DNA from: Antedon mediterranea
Taxonomy: Eukaryota > Animalia > Echinodermata
Direction: 5' to 3'
DNA: 64,000 nucleotides
NCBI RefSeq assembly: GCF_964355755.1
Contig: NC_092679.1
Location: forward strand, 8,400,201 to 8,464,200
This document shows, one piece after another, positions 13,539-25,086 of this stretch. Each line of letters starts with the position of its first letter. Position 1 is the stretch's first letter. A program made the position numbers and the translations under genes. The notes below the pieces were generated by a model, which saw only the letters and a list, made by a program, of their open reading frames with translations, did no database searches and was not told the origin of the DNA.

Positions 13539-16500
13539 GTGTCGCATATCCCCTATTGCTTGTGAACGTAACTTTGTATAACTTTGTCAAAAGATTGACC
13601 TGTAGCTGTAGATGTGCAAGAAACTTCGTTATATGACGTTAGAGCCGCGCAGCGTAAGTTACGCGCGATTTTATGAATTTCTATGATTGATCATAGATTA
13701 TAAACCAAAAGTCATTTTTTATTGACACTTGGTGAAAATTTAAGTCATATCAAGGGCGAAATTTCTATGGATTAAAAATGGCATGTTTCACAAGAAGTTA
13801 CGCACGCACGCGCATTTAAAATTTCAAAATGCGCAAAATTAATTTCTAATCAACTTTCTACGCTGATCATGACATTTTGAGCATGTCAAAAATTCCCACA
13901 CGCGCGGAAAAAATTACGCGTAAGGTGCGCACGGAGCATGAAAATCATGTTTTTCTCTTGAATTATAATTTTACAGTCTTTCCTAGTCATTTTAAAAAAG
14001 ATTGACATCATTTCAAATTAAAATGACGTCATACGAACACGTTGATTTAGACCATTTGCGCGCATTTTAGTTGCAAAAGTGACAAAATATTGTCAAAATT
14101 ATGCCTATTTTTAATCTATTATAGCTCTTCAGGATCAAAGGTGACCCCCAATTTTTTTTACTTATTATGTAAGAAGATAAATTGTAGATATGAATTCATG
14201 CAGAATTTTTACCTCTTGGATGTTATGACGTCATCGTATGGCCACACGAATGTAAAATATAGGATTTTTGTCTCTTTCGTTATTGCTCATCACATTCAAC
14301 AGAGCGCATCTCGCTTATACGTATTCAATTTCCTCCGAGATTTTATTATTGTCTCTGTCAATAAACTATCTTTCGCATGAGTTAAAAATATTTAAATTTT
14401 TATGACGTCATCATGTCTAAAAATGTAAATAACGTGGATCACTTCTTTTCATCTTTACAGTAAACTTCAATCTGTTATAACTCGTCAGAATAAAAAGTGA
14501 CGCGCATGATTAAAACTTATTATAGAATTTGTTGAATTGTAGATATGAATTCATATACAAATGTTGTCTATCTCATGTCATGATGTTATCATATGGCCAG
14601 TTGAATTCAAAAAGTCATATTTTCATTTCTTGCGTAAAAGTTCATTGCGTTTAAACTAAAGCGCATGTCACTTTTACGTGCCCAAAATTCTTCAAATTTG
14701 TATTAATGTAATTATTTAGATAATTAGCTTCTAAAATAGTTATGTTTATATCCAATTTGATGACGTCATCGTGTTAATAATTTGATTTAAAAGATGGGTC
14801 TCGTAATTTCGTCTATGCTACACTGTATATAACATATACACTGTATATAACATATACAGTGTATTCTGTAAATACTGTAATATGTTGTATGCTACAAAAT
14901 AGGACAATTCAGCACTGTAAACGTATTTAAATCATGTAATAGGAAGGCATAATAATTGTCGGCGTTCATATATTATAAACGTATGTGCATGTTGCGTTTG
15001 CGCGGATAACCCGAACTCGTCAAAGTGACGAGTTCAAATCTAGTTTTTTTTTTCTTTCTTTCTCCTCTATTTTTGTGTCTCGCGTATCTCAAAAACGTGT
15101 AAACATAACATGTTATAAATTTGTCAGCATGAGGGCATTCACGTGAAGTTGTGCACCTCCTATTTTTGAATGACGTCAGAGTTGCGCAACATGACTTACG
15201 CGCGTTTTTACGAATTTCGCCTATTTAACATAGATTGAAAACCATATAGCAATTTAAATTGAAACTTAACAAAAGTTTAATTGATATCTTGCGCTAACTG
15301 AATGTGAACAAAAAATGGCATGTTTCACACGAAGTTACGCGCGCATGCGCGTTTTAAATTTCAAAATGCGAAAAATTTATTTCTAATCAACTTTCTACGC
15401 GTTTCATGTCATTTTGAGCATGTAAAAAATTCCCACGTGCGCGCATTTTTTTACGCGCGTGGTGCGCCCGTAGCGTTGAAAACAATTTTTTCCGCGTGAT
15501 TTAAGTTTTTCCAGCCTTTTCTAGTAATTTTACCAACTTTTGAACAATTTCGACTTAAAATTACGTCATACGGGCACGTCGAATTGGATAATTTACGTGC
15601 ATTTTTTATGAAAAAGTTTAAAAAATCGTCAAAATTTGTCAAAATTATGCCCTTTTTTAAACAGTCGTAGTTCCTAAACTAAACGGTGAAAGTTATTTTT
15701 ATTGCATATTCTGAAAGTTGATGAGTTGTAGATTTTGGATCATGCATTAATATGGCTAACCGGACATAGTGACGTCATCGTATGGCCACGCGAATATAAA
15801 ATATAGGATTTTTGTATCTTTCATCATAGTGCATGACATTTAATAGAGCGCATCTCCAATTATCTGTTTTCCATTTTTACCCCGATTTTTATATTATCTA
15901 GGTCAATCAACTATCTTTCGGATGAGTTAAAAATAATTTAATTTTTATGACGTCATCATGTCTAAAAATGTAAATAACGTGGGTCACTTATTTTCGTCTT
16001 TACAGTAAATTTCAATCTGTTATAGCTCGTCAGAATAAAACGTGATAATCATGATTAAAACGTTTTCTGGAAGCTATTGGATTGTAGATACAAATTCATG
16101 TAAACATTTTGCCAATCGGATGTTGTGACGTCATCATATGGCCAGTTGAATAAAAAAAGTCATATTTTCATATTTTGCGTAATTGTTCATCACATTTAAA
16201 AGGGCGCGCATCTATATTTTACGTATTCAAATTTCTTCTACACGTTAATATGTGGTTGCTGAGATAATTTCCTTCTGAAATTGCTATCTTAGTGTTTCAT
16301 TTTGATACCGTCGCTATGTTAAAAATAGGAATAAACGGGGGGTCCCGTATTTTCACCTATTCTACACTGTATGTAACATGTATACAGATTATACCGTTTG
16401 CACTGTATATACTATATGACACAAAATTGACAGAATTCAGCACTAACATCATATGATATTCTTCAGTTCAGGTCATAATGCCATAATATTTTTCCGTGTG

Positions 16501-18112
16501 CAAAATTCCAATGTATGACGTGCGCGTGGCGTTTGTCGTGGTGCGGATAACTAACTCGTCAAAGTGATGAGTTTCATGTCTAGTTCTTCTTTCCTTCCTT
16601 CCTTTTTGTGAGTCGCGTTTCTCTAAAATGTGTAAACATAACATTTCATAACTTTGACAACATATGGGCATTTACGTGAAGTTGTGCACCTCCTATTTTT
16701 GAATGACGTCATAGTTGCGCAACGTGACTTACGCGCAATTTTATGAATTTCAATGATTGATCATAGATTAAAAACCAAAAGTCATTTAGTATTGACACTT
16801 TGACAAAATTTAAGTCATATCAGGGGCAAACTTTCTACGGATTAAAAATGGCATGTTTCACAAGAAGTTACGCGCGCACGCGCATTTAAAATTTCAAAAT
16901 GCGCAAAATTAATTTCTAATCAACTTTTTACGCGTTTCATGTCATTTTGAGCATGTCAAAAATTCCCACTGGCGCGCAATTTTTTACGCACGCGGTGCGC
17001 ACGTAGCGATAAAAACATATTTTTTTCTCTTGAATTATATTTTTCAAGCCTTTCCTAGTAATTTTGAAAACAATTTAGACCTTTTCCAGTTTAAATAACG
17101 CCATACGAACACGTTGAATTAGACAATTTGTGCGCGTTTTTTATGAAAAAGCTTAAAAAATCATCAAAATAATGTCTTTTTTTAAACAGTCATAGTTTCT
17201 AAAGTAAACCGTGAACCGTTTATTTTTATTACAAAATCTAGAAGTTGATGAGTTGCAGATATCGGATCATGCATCGATAAGGCTAAAAAAACATTGTGAC
17301 GTAATCGTATGGCCACACGAATGTAAAATATAGGATTTTTGTCTGTTTCGTTATTGCTCATCACATTCAATGGAGCGCATCACGCTTATCTGTATTCCTT
17401 TTTCTCCTATATTTATATATTGTCTAGGTCAATCAACTTTCTTTAGCATGAGATAAAAATATTTAAATTTTTATAACGTCATCATTCCTAAAAATTTTAA
17501 TTACTTGGGTCATTAATTTCATCTTTACAGTAAATTTTAATCTGTAATAGCTCGTAAGAATAAAATGTGATAATCACGATTAAAACGTTTTCTGGAAGCT
17601 ATAGGATTGTAGATACAATTCATGTAAACATTTTGCCAATCGGATGTTGTGACGTCATCATATTGCCAGTTGAATAAAAAAAGTCGTATTTTCATATTTT
17701 GCGTAATAGTTCATCACATTTAAATGTGCGCGCACCAACATTTTACGTATTCAAATTTCTTCTACACGTTAATATGTTGTTGCTAAGATAATTTTCTTCA
17801 GAAATTGCTATCGTTGTGTTGTTTTTTTTATGATGTCATCATGTTAAATATTTGAATTAAAGGCAGGTCCTATAATTCAGTTAATATGTCATATAATATA
17901 CAGTAGTACAATGTACACCAGCATAGTCTCTGATGTGAGCAAATTGTTGTTTGCCGCCCTCTGTATCATGTAGAATTAATGTCTCCTTTTATACACAGTG
18001 TACTGTATAATTATAATACAAGGCGAAAATACAGGACCACCTCTTATTATAGTGCACGTGGCATCTGTCGTGCGGATAACTAACTCGTCAAAGTGACGAG
18101 TTTCATGTCTAG

Positions 18113-19688
18113 TTCTCTTTTTACTTCTGCCGGAAGTTGCAACTCACTGATTTTTCTTGTTATTATGGTGAAGCGGCTGTTAATCTAATCTCATCTCAGA
18201 AGAATTCAATATTTTTTGTTGCATAATGTCAACTGTACATTATTGTTTTTCTCTTTTTATCATATTAACCATTATGATTACATTTAAGACAAGGTATGAC
18301 CTGGTTTAATGTTTTTAAAGTAATGTATAATAAAAATATATGCATTTTTTACAAAACATCAACAATTGCAGCATATTGTCTTTAATTATTGTAATTATTT
18401 TACTTACATGGCCAAAACCATAGATATACTTTATTTAAAAGCGGGAAAAGGATTTTCACACACCAAATTTCACAAAAATTTGAATGAATTGTCAATTTAT
18501 AAGAGACCTTAATTTATATTTTAAGACAATTTGTGTACATAATTAGTGGCTGCGAGTTCTCAAAAGTTATGGTACCTTAACAAAGTTTGTTGGCCCAAAA
18601 AACTGTTTTGGCAAAATATCAAGCTGGAACTAATTACCTGACATATCCGACTCACTTCATTAAATGTGGATTACAACCGTTGTACATAGTTATATTTTAT
18701 TTCATTCCATGTAATGATGAAATTTCAATAATGCTTAATATTTTGTTTAGGAAAGCCAAATTTCCCGAATTTAAGCTTGACATGGTAAAATACTGCCTAC
18801 TTATTGAGGGAGCGGTCAAAGAAAGTAAAATCGAAGGTAAGTGTTCTGGTATTCAATTGCACCTGCCAACCGTCCCGATTTCCAATGTTAACAAATTTAT
18901 ATTAATCGGACATTTGGTATTTAATGCAAATCGGAGCATTGATTCATGCTACCTCAGTGGTGGCTTGTTAACAAAAGTGGGGTACAAGTTGGCATGGGTA
19001 CTACTGGTTGGTTTGGATGTGAGATGACCAGCAGCTTTAGCCAGTGAAGCAGTAGCCTTCATCTGAAGTTTTCTCCTAATGGAAGGGCCGGGCTCTGAAT
19101 AAAGTTTTCCGTAAACCACAACATCGCCACACATACTTATATATGCACATACTGTGCATAGTACGACCTGAGTCAGGATTATTGATCCTTTTTCTCTTTT
19201 TACTTCTGCCGGAAGTTTCAACTCACTGATTTTTCTTGTTATTATGGTGAAGCGGCTGTTAATCTAATCTCATCTCAGAAGAATTCAATATTTTTTGTTG
19301 CATAATGTCAACTGTACATTATTGTTTTTCTCTTTTTATCATATTAACCATTATGATTACATTTAAGACAAGGTATGACCTGGTTTAATGTTTTTAAAGT
19401 AATGTATAATAAAAATATATGCATTTTTTACAAAACATCAACAATTGCAGCGTATTGTCTTTAATTATTGTAATTATTTTAAAATCGAAGGTAAGTGTTC
19501 TGGTATTCAATTGCACCTGCCAACCGTCCCGATTTCCAATGTTAACAAATTTATATTAATCGGACATTTGGTATTTAATGCAAATCGGAGCATTGATTCA
19601 TGCTACCTCAGTGGTGGCTTGTTAACAAAAGTGGGGTACAAGTTGGCATGGGTACTACTGGTTGGTTTGGATGTGAGATGACCAGCAG
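18113..19688 (+). repeat. Local duplication: 18113-19034 recopied at 19192-19688 with a 425-bp internal deletion
   Basis: 18113-18402 matches 19192-19481 (offset 1079), and 18827-19034 matches 19481-19688 (offset 654). The second copy keeps only the last 10 nt of the exon and its GTAAGT donor. Confidence 0.9.
18751..18836 (+). CDS. LRPPRC: LRPPRC exon (KAKFPEFKLDMVKYCLLIEGAVKESKIE)
   Basis: ttttgtttag acceptor and GTAAGT donor. The phase-1 end joins the 23661 exon. Resembles the LRPPRC segment [20 protein letters not shown] as recalled from the human protein. Confidence 0.75.
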
Positions 19689-19699
19689 GATGTTTCTGG

Positions 19700-20960
19700 A
19701 GGATTTCCCGATGTTACAGCAGGATTGTTAGCATATAATGATTTTGTATTGTGTGAACAAGGTGACTAGCGTATGTTTCAACTTCCTCGACTGTATGTCA
19801 GCCTCGTCTGAGACATTGACTGGTGCACGGGAAAGGTATGTCGGCAATTGTCTGTTTTTTTCCAGGTGCATGAGTCGCATCTGGGTTGAATCGCATCATT
19901 CTAAGGTGAAATCGTTGAATGCGGGATGGCATCTTAGCTAGTTCGGTTGTGTTCAAGAGTGGAACAAGGGGCTTGTGGTCGGTCTCGTGTGTAAACTGTA
20001 ATCTGTAAACTTTTCACAGGCCCACGTTGCTGCGAGTGCTTCTTTCTCACTCACTTTCTTCGTGCTCACTCATCTTGATGCATAACAAACAGGTTACCAT
20101 CATCTTGGATCTGTATGAGAATGGCACTTGTACCAAATAAAGATGCATCCACTGCAATGATAGTTGGACGTTGCGGGTCATAATGAGCTAAGTTTCTGGG
20201 TGATACTAAAAGCTTCTTCTTCTGGAAAGCTCTTTGTTGATGTGGTCCCCAATACCAGACATTATCTTTGCGTAGTAGTACTAAGATTTGTTCAGTATGC
20301 TCAGCAAGTCCAGGAATGAACTTCCCAAGTTGATTAACCATAACCATGAAGCGTTGTAGTTCTGTAAGAAGCAGGAGCTGGAAATTGTGCAATAGCAGTA
20401 ATGTCAGACCTGCTTCTTGGAGTGGTTATAGAACTGCTCTCACACATTTGTCATGTTCTTCCTGTGTAGCGTTGTGTATCAAAATGTCATCCATATGACT
20501 CCATCAAGGCCTTCCAGGATACTTGACATCATACGTTGAAAAATTTCAGGCGCTGAACTGATTCCAAATGGTAATCGATTAAAACAATAACGTCCGTGTA
20601 ATAAATGTTAACAAATTTGATTGCATGCAAGTTTGGTAAAAATCTTTCTTTTCGCCAAGTTTGCCTCACTTTCATCTACAGATGACATAGGATGAATCTC
20701 ATGTTGAACACTTTTGTTATATGCTGTCAAATCCAAACAGATTCGTACCTTTCCGTTGGGTACAGATGACAAAGGATGAATCTCATGTTGAACACTTTTG
20801 TTATATGCTGTCAAATCAAAACAGATTTGTACCTTTCTGTTGGGTTCACACAGGATACTTGAACACCACTCAGTAGGTGTCGTCACTGAAGAAATTACTC
20901 CTTGCTTGACCGTTCCCATTATCTCATCTTTTACCTTTGGTAGTAAAGGATGTGGTACCC
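19700..20960 (-). mobile_element. Degenerate Ty3/Gypsy pol fragment (RT, RNase H)
   Basis: Minus-strand motifs KVRICLDLT, PFGISSAPEIFQR, MDDILI, DASLFG, TDHKPLVP and SRIQRF. Contains frameshifts and an internal ~78-bp duplication near 20680-20850. Confidence 0.85.
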
Positions 20961-20984
20961 AGCCTACGATATTCAAACTATTTT

Positions 20985-21173
20985 TTATTGAAAACCTGAT
21001 TGATAGTTATAAATTAAATCGTTTTCATAAACTTGGTCACTGCTCTTTTCTAATACTTTAGATAAAAGAGATACTGGGCTATATTTGCTAGGTTTAGTCC
21101 TGTCACCATTCTTAGATATGGGACAAACTCTAGCACTTTTCCACTTGAATGACACGGACACTACAGAACACAA
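20985..21173 (-). mobile_element. CR1/L2-type LINE RT fragment
   Basis: WKSARVCPISKNGDRTKPSKYSPVSLLSKVLEK...QSGF matches the WK.A.V.PI.K.G...NYRPISLL...QxGF start of non-LTR RTs. Confidence 0.75.
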
Positions 21174-21214
21174 TAATATTAGTAAACGTATTTTATTACC
21201 TTAATTTGTATATA

Positions 21215-21470
21215 CATAATAGTAATATGCCTACAGTACCACATTATCACCCTCGACAATACATGTCATCGAGAAACGTGCACATTCTCTCAGCTGTATA
21301 TATATAATAGTAATATGCCTACAGTACCACATTATCACCCTCGACAATACATGTCATCGAGAAACGTGCACATTCTCTCAGCTGTATATATATAATAGTA
21401 ATATGCCTACAGTAACACATTATCACCCTCGACAATACATGTCATCAAGGAACGTGCACATGCTCTCAGC
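21215..21470. repeat. Tandem repeat, 87-bp unit x3
   Basis: ataatagtaatatgcctacagta...ctctcagct is repeated three times. Confidence 0.95.
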
Positions 21471-22445
21471 TTACTTCTGGTTACACATTGCATCTAGCTT
21501 AGTCACTACTAAAAAGGCTATGCCATTTTCAAACACCATTAATTCGTCCAACCGTCTCTTCAAAACGCTGATAACACGCTCACTTTCCGATGTTTAATGT
21601 GGACAAATTTCCATCAATTTTGCTTGTTATTTCGCCCAATAGTTACTTACAGCAAAATAAAATTAATGTTTTAATAATAAATAGCAAAATAAAAATCTCT
21701 CGCGAGGCTGATTACCATGATCAATGATGATCGACTCTTGTGTGATTCTCACGCATGCACATAATAACTCTGTGTACACAGAAATAATAGGCATGTGGCT
21801 ATGAATTTCTTGAAAGATGGCCTTGAAAAACAAGATTAAAATCCTTTTTAAAAATAATATGGTTGATAATAGGAAATAATTGATTCAATTAAACCAACTT
21901 CCTCATCAAAGAATTAAATGTTAAGGGGATAATTAATTACTATAATAATTTTGTGTCAATCAATGATTTACTTCAAAATTCGTATCTCTAATACAAAAGT
22001 ATGTTTTTGTGACGTCACAAAAAGAATGTGGGCACGTATCGTTCGGAGGAGATATGTAAAATTATGCGACCAATTTAGTAGCATTAATATATAATTCTAT
22101 CGGTAGTAAACATTTTGTGTCAATATAGTCTGGCCTACTGTACAGAACAAAAATATAATCATAAATTAACTATAGTAATGTACATATTCCAGGGTAGGGG
22201 AATAACTCCCTAAGGTTGTAGTGACCTGTGGCCGTATTCACCAATCACACTTAAGTGAGATATTTCCCTTAAATCCTAAGGATTTCCCTTAAATCAAGAA
22301 AATATTAAGGGTTTCACTTAAGTGGTATTCACAAAGGGTTTAAGGTTAAGGGAAACCCTTAACTTGGTCTATTTTCCCCTTAACTTTTAAGGGACCTCAG
22401 AGGTCCCTTAAAAGTTCCCTTAACTATTCAGTACCTTGGTTGTGC

Positions 22446-22475
22446 CATAGAGATATTATAGATAATATCTCTATG
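22446..22475. mobile_element. 30-bp hairpin micro-insertion CATAG...CTATG with 7-bp TSD
   Basis: GTTGTGC-catagagatattat-ag-ataatatctctatg-GTTGTGC. Confidence 0.8.
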
Positions 22476-23023
22476 GTTGTGCTGACGATTCTGTATGTGC
22501 GAGTACTATGCCTACTTGTAGATGGCCCCAGTCTAGGCTAGGGTAGAGATGCTAGGGCAGCCTAGGATTCATGTTTGGTTTGAGTAGCATCTAGACCTTT
22601 TTTTGCTGATCCCCACCCATACAAATTAGTCTATGCCTATATATTGATTTATTTGTTTTGTTTTGACTGCCATTATCTTTGTGGAAGATGGCTTCCCATT
22701 TCGTTGTAATAGAAATTAGCCCCATTCTAGTAGGCTAGGTAGAGGTGCTAGGCCCCCTGTTGGTCTGCCCAGTAACCAGCCTAGGATGCATATGCCTCAA
22801 TACAGACAGGTTTAGGCCTACACAGAATGTTGGTTTGTTAGTAGCATCTAGGCTAGACCTATTTTTCTTGATCCTCATACAAATTAGTCTAGGTTTAATA
22901 TTCATTTGTTTTTGTTTTGACTGCCATCGTCTATACATTTTTCTCTTCATCCTCCCCGTCCCCCCAACCCCTTACTCTTTTTTAAAATATGCAAATTAGT
23001 TTTAGAGAGGAAAGTGATTGGAC

Positions 23024-23047
23024 CATAGGGGAATTAAATCCTCTGTG
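23024..23047. mobile_element. 24-bp degenerate hairpin micro-insertion with 7-bp TSD
   Basis: ATTGGAC-cataggggaattaaatcctctgtg-ATTGGAC. Confidence 0.65.
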
Positions 23048-23660
23048 ATTGGACAATGGGACAACTCATGAATATTTATGATTATTTTTACCCTTAAGTT
23101 TTACCCTTACATTAAGTGTTTTCCTTAGGTAAGTGAATCCCTTAGCTCATTTGTGAATACCCCTTAAGTGTTTTCCTTTGTTAAGGGAATTCTTAAATTT
23201 TAAGGGTAAGTATTTCCCTTAGCCTAAGTGAGATTGGTGAATACGGCCACTGGCCCACAAACTATACTAGGGATAATGATGCAAAATTAAAAGTTAATAT
23301 TTTTCAAACAAATTATACATCGCCTGTTAGTATGTTGTATCAATATTATAATAAAGAAAGAATTATGAAAATCTGACTTGTAGTTTTCGAAATATAGGGT
23401 CTGAAACGTTGCCGAAAATAATCGCTTTTAAGCCACGAATTAAGTAAATTGCACCCTCATTTTTCGATAAAATAATTACATAAAATTACGGTTTTCAGTA
23501 ATATATTTTGTATATCAACATTGTAAAATTCATCTGCTGCCTGTGTCTGTTTGCAGTCATAAATAGGTAGTTAAATTGTAGCCTTGTAGGTTTAGTCATG
23601 CTACCAAAGGACTTTTACGATTAATCTTCATTTTTACAGTTAGATCTGTTTCTCTTTCAG

Positions 23661-23865
23661 TTGCATTAGATCTGATTGACGATATCCGTGATTATGGCAC
23701 TTCTACTGACAATGTAGAAAGACGAGTATTCTTTCTCCTTCAAAATGTAGCCAAAGGTGGACATCTCGAAGAGGCCAAACAGCTGACACATAAATTTATT
23801 GACAACAACATTGTCAATTCAAGTAACAACGTTCTTAGACCAGTTGTAACTGCACTAATGAACAA
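23661..23865 (+). CDS. LRPPRC: LRPPRC exon (VALDLIDDIRDY...FFLLQNVAKGGHLEEAKQLTHKFIDNNIVNSSNNVLRPVVTALMNK); absent from the ORF track
   Basis: tctctttcag acceptor, GTAAGT donor and an open frame. Phases 1 and 2 fit both neighbouring exons. Collinear with the LRPPRC segment ending PLVTVHLEK. Confidence 0.85.
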
Positions 23866-24557
23866 GTAAGTATATCAAACCAAAACTACTGTACTAATTT
23901 AGTTTCTACATTATAATGTTTTTCTCGGTTATGAAAAGAAAATTATACATATTTTGTTGAGGAGAATAAATTTTCAGTCTTCGTTTTGTATGCACCCAAA
24001 TAATAAGTCTGGTCTGAACCACATATAACATTCTGAAAGCTACTACAACCTAGTGTTGACAGCATGCAGCAAGGGATATTCTGAGCAAAATTAAATATTA
24101 ATAACGAAGAGTCAAGTGTTTTTGTATTGAAAAGAAAAGCACAAACTAAGCTAAATTTATAGTATTGTCATCGTAGCTAGCCTTTTTGCTATTAACAATC
24201 AACCATGTGCTTTTTTCAATAACATGTGCAGGGTTCTCTCCGTGCACTCCAGCAGGGAAGAGAGGTTGTTTCTTGGGTATATCTAGTTAAGTAGATGCTA
24301 CTGTAGAAAGTTTAAGCATCAGATTACAAATAATATAAAGAGGAAACAACCCACAAGGGCCAAACACAAATAGCATGAAATGTAATAAAAATTGAGACAA
24401 GATGTGAGTGTCTTTCTATGTGTAAAGAGGCACATAAGAAGGCATAATGCGACTGGTAAATTAATAAGAAATTAACCTGGCATCTGTTTATATAAATTAT
24501 AAAGTGTCATTTAGAATACCAGCTTGGCTCAAATGTTTATCAAATTACTGGGACAGT

Positions 24558-24911
24558 GCACACGTTTTATACACAGACCTCCCAAGTCTACCGCTACTTG
24601 CGGTAGTCTACCGTTTTTAGTACCCATCTACCGCGCTACCGCTATCACTACGTTTTCTACCGCACACGTTTTATACACAAACCTCCCAAGTCTACCGCTA
24701 CTCGCGGTAGTCTACCGTTTTTAGTATCCATCTACCACGCTACCGCTATCACTAAGTTTTCTACCGCACACGTTTTATACACAGACCTCCTAAGTCTACC
24801 GCTACTTGCGGTAGTCCACCGTTTTTAGTACCCATCTACCGCTACTCGCGGTAGTCTACCGTTTTTAGTACCCTTCTACCGCGCTACCGCTATCACTACG
24901 TTTTCTACCGC
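24558..24911. repeat. Tandem repeat, 104-bp unit x3+, rich in CTACCG
   Basis: gcacacgttttatacacagacctcccaagtctaccgc... starts at 24558, 24662 and 24766. It may be an amplified DNA-transposon end. Confidence 0.9.
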
Positions 24912-25086
24912 GAGAACAAAAATCTCCTTTGCTTTAGCTTTTCATGAGGTAGGCCTTACACATTGTTGGAAAGGCTTGGCACCTTACAATATTATATGTT
25001 TTCATCTTTTCCATTGATTGTATTTTATTATTCAACTTCTGTTTCCAATAATAGTCAATATAAACAATTAATTTTTATTATTATCA

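Larger units (their letters stand above)
1..18112 (+). mobile_element. Nested/tandem array 1 of a non-autonomous Helitron2/Helentron-like (HINE-type) element; continues upstream of the window
   Basis: 13 tails (GCGGATAAC-N-ACTCGTCA(AAG)TGACGAGT hairpin-CTAG) end at 33, 1646, 2773, 4545, 6078, 7579, 8706, 10478, 12011, 13512, 15043, 16583 and 18112. 9 hairpin heads start at 53, 2786, 2836, 2908, 2961, 8719, 8769, 8841 and 8894. Homologous 1.1-1.6 kb bodies lie between them, with no coding capacity. Confidence 0.85.
22229..23249. mobile_element. PIF/Harbinger-like MITE
   Basis: TIRs TGGCCGTATTCACCAATC(A/T)CACTTA at both ends and a 3-bp TSD CTG (22226-22228, 23250-23252). Many subterminal CCCTTAA/TTAAGGG motifs and a perfect palindrome with 17-bp arms at 22382-22416. 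Confidence 0.85.

Noticed and set aside
1549-17370. Repeated short ORFs in array 1 as a multigene family
   Set aside because: They fall on both strands, are not kept open between diverged units and show no recognisable domain.
18587-19027. 146-aa ORF, and its partial copy 19445-19681, as a standalone gene
   Set aside because: Only 18751-18836 is exon-like; the rest is intron read-through and the copy comes from the local duplication.
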